From: Pristiophorus japonicus | Taxonomy: Eukaryota | Assembly (NCBI RefSeq): GCF_044704955.1 | Contig: NC_091999.1 | Location: 10,974,001 to 11,038,000 of the forward strand | Reading direction: 5' to 3' | DNA: 64,000 nucleotides | Shown here: positions 59,721 through 64,000 of the stretch, in pieces | Numbering within the stretch: position 1 is the stretch's first letter | Layout of the letters: each line of letters begins with the position of its first letter | Position numbers and translations under genes: made by a program | Notes under the pieces: model-generated | What the model saw: the letters and a program-made list of their open reading frames with translations, nothing else | The model's database searches: none | Told to the model about the DNA's origin: nothing

Positions 59721-60195
59721 ATGTGCTCTCCCTGTTCCTGACTGATAATAATGACCGTGCTGCCGGCGAGTCTACCTTTAAATGGCCAGTGCGTGTTCCA
59801 TGGGTTATATTCAATGTGGGACGTTTAGCACATTCTGCATTTTGTTACAGGAACGAGTGCTAAAATTCAGTGTCCCAGGATCCACCTCATCCAATGGTAC
59901 AGGAAAGGCAGACCATAATAATGAACTGTAGTTACTCGATAACATACAAAGCCCCAACTCTCTTCTGGTGTAACCAGTATCCCAGGGAAGCTCCGAGATA
60001 TCGACTGAGGAGATATAGCTCGGGGACGGTACATCACTCTCCAGATTTAACAGACAGGTACTTTGCTGTTTTGCTCAGTGACAACAAAATGATTCTGTTA
60101 AATATCGCTGGAGCTCTTAATCCGATACCGCTGTGCATTTCTGTGCCATGGATCCCACACTGCTGAGGAGATTTAGTGTATCCCGGACCAATATT
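59721..60195 (+). pseudogene. TCR V pseudogene, family C, with 24-spacer RSS relic
   Basis: Leader with a TGA stop and GC donor; NSVSQDPPHPMVQERQTIIMNCSYSITYKAPTLFWCNQYPREAPRYRLRRYSSG..LNIAGA/SDTAVHFCAMDP; RSS CACACTG (60156-60162), 24 bp, ACCAATATT (60187-60195). Confidence 0.92.
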
Positions 60196-60219
60196 TATAC
60201 TGTCAGTTCCAGTTGGAGT

Positions 60220-60233
60220 TCACCAGAGGGCCC
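60220..60233 (+). promoter_or_regulatory. CTCF-like motif 24 bp downstream of the RSS nonamer
   Basis: TCACCAGAGGGCCC. Confidence 0.5.
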
Positions 60234-60429
60234 TCTCACACCGATAAACAATAATTCAACCTCCTGACTGACAGCAAAAAACACAACACTCAACAGGCAC
60301 AGGTTAGGTCCACTGGTGGAATTTTATTAGTTTGTGATTTAACCTCGCATTTATAATAAAATTAACTTTCGCAATCTTGGCTGTGGAGACTTTACTCCCC
60401 TTTTATCGTTAAAAACATCGAAGAGTTGT

Positions 60430-60740
60430 AATGTATGAACCCATTCACAAACCCAGACGTCCCAAAGCGCTTTACAGCCAATCAAATACTGCTTGAAGTG
60501 CAGTCACTGTTGTAGTGTAGGAAATGCGGCAGCCACTTAGCGCACAGCAAGCTGCACAAAAAGCAACCTTAAAAATGATAACGTAATCTGCTTTAGCGAT
60601 GCTGGTTGAGGTGTAAATATTGGTCACGACTCCAGGGATAACTCTCCTGCTCTTCTTCAAATGATGCCTTGGGATATTTTACATCCATCTGAGAGAGCAG
60701 ACGGGGGCTCGGTTGAATATCTCATCCGAAAGACTTTTCC
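60430..60740 (-). mobile_element. Deu-domain (SacSINE1-like) SINE fragment
   Basis: gacgtcccaaagcgctttacagccaat..gtcactgttgtagtgtaggaaatgcggcagcc..ctgagagagcagacggggg. Confidence 0.72.
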
Positions 60741-61004
60741 GTGCCTACCTGCAATAGTGTGCATCTGTTTACACATCTCCATTGTCACTTTCACGCACCC
60801 TTTGATCGCGGCTTGAAGGCAAGATTTAGTTGATCAGGCTGTTGCTAGGTCAGAGAGTCTTTATACAAAATGAACAGAATTAACAAGGCAGTGATTGTGC
60901 CCTTTAAAACATGCCCCAAGCTCAGAGTTACCCCAATGTACATTCTCTTTCAGGATGTCTCTCCTGTTGCAATATTTTCTGTCACCATTATCAATCTCGT
61001 GTTT

Positions 61005-64000
61005 CATAGATACATAGATACATAGTAAATTGGTGCAGGAGAAGGCCATTCGGCCCTTCGAGCCTGCACCGCCATTCAATGAGTTCATGGCTGAACATGC
61101 AACTTCAGTACCCCATTCCTGCTTTCTAGCCATACCCCTTGATCCCCCGAGTTGTAAGGACTATATCCAACTTATTTTTGAATATATTTAGTGAATTGGC
61201 CTCAACAAATTTCTGTGGTAGAGAATTCCACAGGTTAACCACACTCTGGGTGAAAAAGTTTCTCCTCATCTCGGTCCTAAATTGCTTACCCTTTATCCTT
61301 AGACTGTGACGCCTGGTTCTGGACTTCCCCAACATTGAGAATATTCTTCCTGAACCTAACACATCTAAACCCGTCAGAATTTTAAACGTTTCTATGAGAT
61401 CCCCTCTCATTCTTCTGAACTCCAGTGAATACAAGCCCAGTTGTTCCAGTACTTCTTGATATATCAGTCCCGCTATCCTGGGAATCAGTCTGGTGAACCT
61501 TCGCTGCACTCCCTCAATAGCAAGAATGTCCTTCCTCAAGTTAGGAGACGACAACTGTACACAATACTCCAGGTGTGGCCTCACCAAGGCCCTGTACAAC
61601 TGTAGTAACACCTCCCTGCCCTTGTTGTCAAATCCTCTCGCAATGAAGGCGAACATGACATTTGCTTTCTTAACAGCCTCCTGGACCTGCATGCCAATCT
61701 TCAATGACTGATGTACCATGACACCCAGATCTCGTTGCACCTCCTCTTTTCCTAATCTGTCACCATTCAGACCATAGTCTGTCTCTCTGTTTTTACAACC
61801 AAAGTGGATAACCTTAAATCACTTTATACTTCATCTGCCATGCATTTGCCCACTCACCTAATGTATCCAAGTCACTCTGCAGCCTCATAGCATCCTCCTC
61901 GCAGCTCACACTGCCACCCAACTTAGTGTCATCCGCAAATTTGGAGATACTACATTTAATCCCCTCGTCTAAATCATTAATGTACAATGTAAACAGTTGG
62001 GGCCCCAGCACAGAACCTTGCGGTACCCCACTAGTCACCGCCTGCCATTCTGAAAAGTACCCATTTACTGCTACTCTTTGCTTCCTGTCTGCCAACCAGT
62101 TCTCAATCTACGTCATTACACTACCCCCAATCCCATATGCTTTAACTTTGCACATTAATGTTTTGTGTGGTACCTTGTCGAAAGCCTTCTGAAAGTCCAA
62201 TACACCACACCAACTGGTTCTCCCTTGTCCACTCTATTGGAAACATCCTCAAAAAATTCCAGAGGATTTGTCAATCATGATTTCCCTTTCACAAATCCAT
62301 GCTGACTTGGACCTATCATGTCACTTCTTTCCAAATGCGCTGCTATGACATCCTTAATAAATTATTCCATCATTTTACCCATTACCGATGCCAGGCTGAC
62401 CAGACTATAATTCCCTGTTTTCTCTCTCCCAACCTTTTTAAAAGTGAGGTTTCATTGCCTATCCTCCACTCCATAGGAACGGATACAGTATCAATGGAAT
62501 GTTGGAAAATGACTGTCAATGCATTCGCTATTTCCAAGGCCACTTCCTTAAGAAATCCGATATGCAGACCATCAGGCGCTGTGGATGTATCAGCCTTCAA
62601 TCGCATCAATTTCCCCAACACAATTGCCTGACGAATAAGGATTTCCCTCAGTTCCTCCTACATACTGCACCCTCTGTCACCTTTTCTATCCGGAAGGTTG
62701 TTTGTATCCTCCTTAGTGAATACCGATCCAAAGTACTTGTTCAATTATTCTGCCATTTCTTTGTTCCCCGTTATGACTTCCCCTGATTCTGACTGCAGGG
62801 GACCTACGTTTGTCTTTACTAACCTTTTTTTCTTTACATATCTATAGAAGCTTTTGCAGTCCTTCTCAATGTTCCCTGAAAGCATCCTCTCGTACTCTAT
62901 TTTCACGGCCCTAACCAAACCATTTGTCCTCCTCTGCTGAGTTCTAAATTTCTCCCAGTCCCCGGATTCGCTGCTTTCTCTGGCCAATTTTTAATGCCAC
63001 ATCCTTGGCTTCATCATTATGCCTGATTTCCCTTGATAGCCACGGTTGAGTCACCTTCCCTTTTTTATTTTTGCGCCAGACAGGGATATACAATTGTTGT
63101 AGTTCATCCATGCGGTCTCTAAATGTGTGCCATTGCCCATCCACAGTCAATCCCTTAAGTATTATTCGCCAATCCATCCTCGCAAGTCACGCCTCAAACC
63201 TTCAAAGGTACCCTTCTTTAAGTTCTGGACCATGGTCTCTGAATTAACTTTTTCATTCTCCATCCTAATGTAGAATTCCACCATATTATGGTCGCTCTTC
63301 CCCAAAGGGCGTCGCACAACGAGATATCTAATTAATCCTCTCTCATTACACAACACCCAGTCTAAGATGGCCTCCCCCCCTAGTTGGTTCCTCGACATAT
63401 TGGTCACGAAAACCATCCCTTATGCACGCCAGGAAATCCTCCTCCACCATGTTACTTCCAGTTTGGTTAGCCCAATCTATATGCACATTAAAGTCACCCA
63501 TGATAACTGCTGCACCTTGATTGCATGCACCCCTAATTTCTTGCTTGATGCCCTCTCCAATATCACTACTACTGTTTAGAGGTCTGTACACAACTCCCAC
63601 TAACGTCTTTTGCCCTTTGGTGTTCTGCAGCTCTACCCATATAGAATCCACATCATCCAAGCGAATGTCCTTCCTAACTGTTGCATTAATCTCCTCTTTG
63701 ACCGGCAATGCTTACCCACCACCTTTTCCTTTTATTCTATCCTTCCCGAATGTTGAATACGCTTCGATGTTGAGTTTCCAACCCTGATCATCCTGGAGCC
63801 CCGCCTCTGTAATCCCAATCACATCGTATCTGTTAAGATATATTTGCACATTTAATTCATCCACATTATTACGGATGCTCCTTGCACTAAGACACAGACC
63901 CTTCAGACTTGTCCTTTTAACACACCATGTCCCTTTAGAATTTTGCTGTAATGTGGCCCTCTTTGTTTTTACCTTGAGATTCTCTGCCCTCCACTTTTAC
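61005..64000 (-). mobile_element. CR1 LINE ORF2, continuing off the window end
   Basis: Same subfamily as 44519-47110; endonuclease (VVYRPLNS, MGDFN) and RT motifs. Confidence 0.95.

Overview
Vertebrate genomic DNA, almost certainly a cartilaginous fish (shark-type CR1 LINEs, Deu-domain/L2-tailed SINEs and shark-type satellites). The window lies inside the variable-segment array of a T-cell receptor alpha/delta locus. I can read about 23 V segments or relics in both orientations. Only three have an intact leader, V exon and RSS: 3477-3909 (-), 31948-32406 (-) and 38207-39100 (+). The rest are pseudogenes. No D, J or C segments are visible. Roughly half of the window is transposable elements: many nested CR1 LINEs, one full-length but decayed Ty3/Gypsy LTR element (48383-52865), and L2/SINE fragments. 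There are also several minisatellites and two assembly gaps. The most notable signal is a 3' module shared by three V segments from two otherwise different V families: FR3 end, an RSS with a 24-bp rather than 23-bp spacer, exactly 24 bp, then a same-strand CTCF-like motif and a conserved flank. This resembles the RSS-proximal CTCF elements of mouse VH genes and sits among many other CTCF-like sites. Other oddities are an apparently borrowed leader exon whose intron contains an inverted V relic, a CCAAT-box minisatellite in a V promoter, and a duplicated four-V cassette. All calls were made by eye; nothing was searched or computed.
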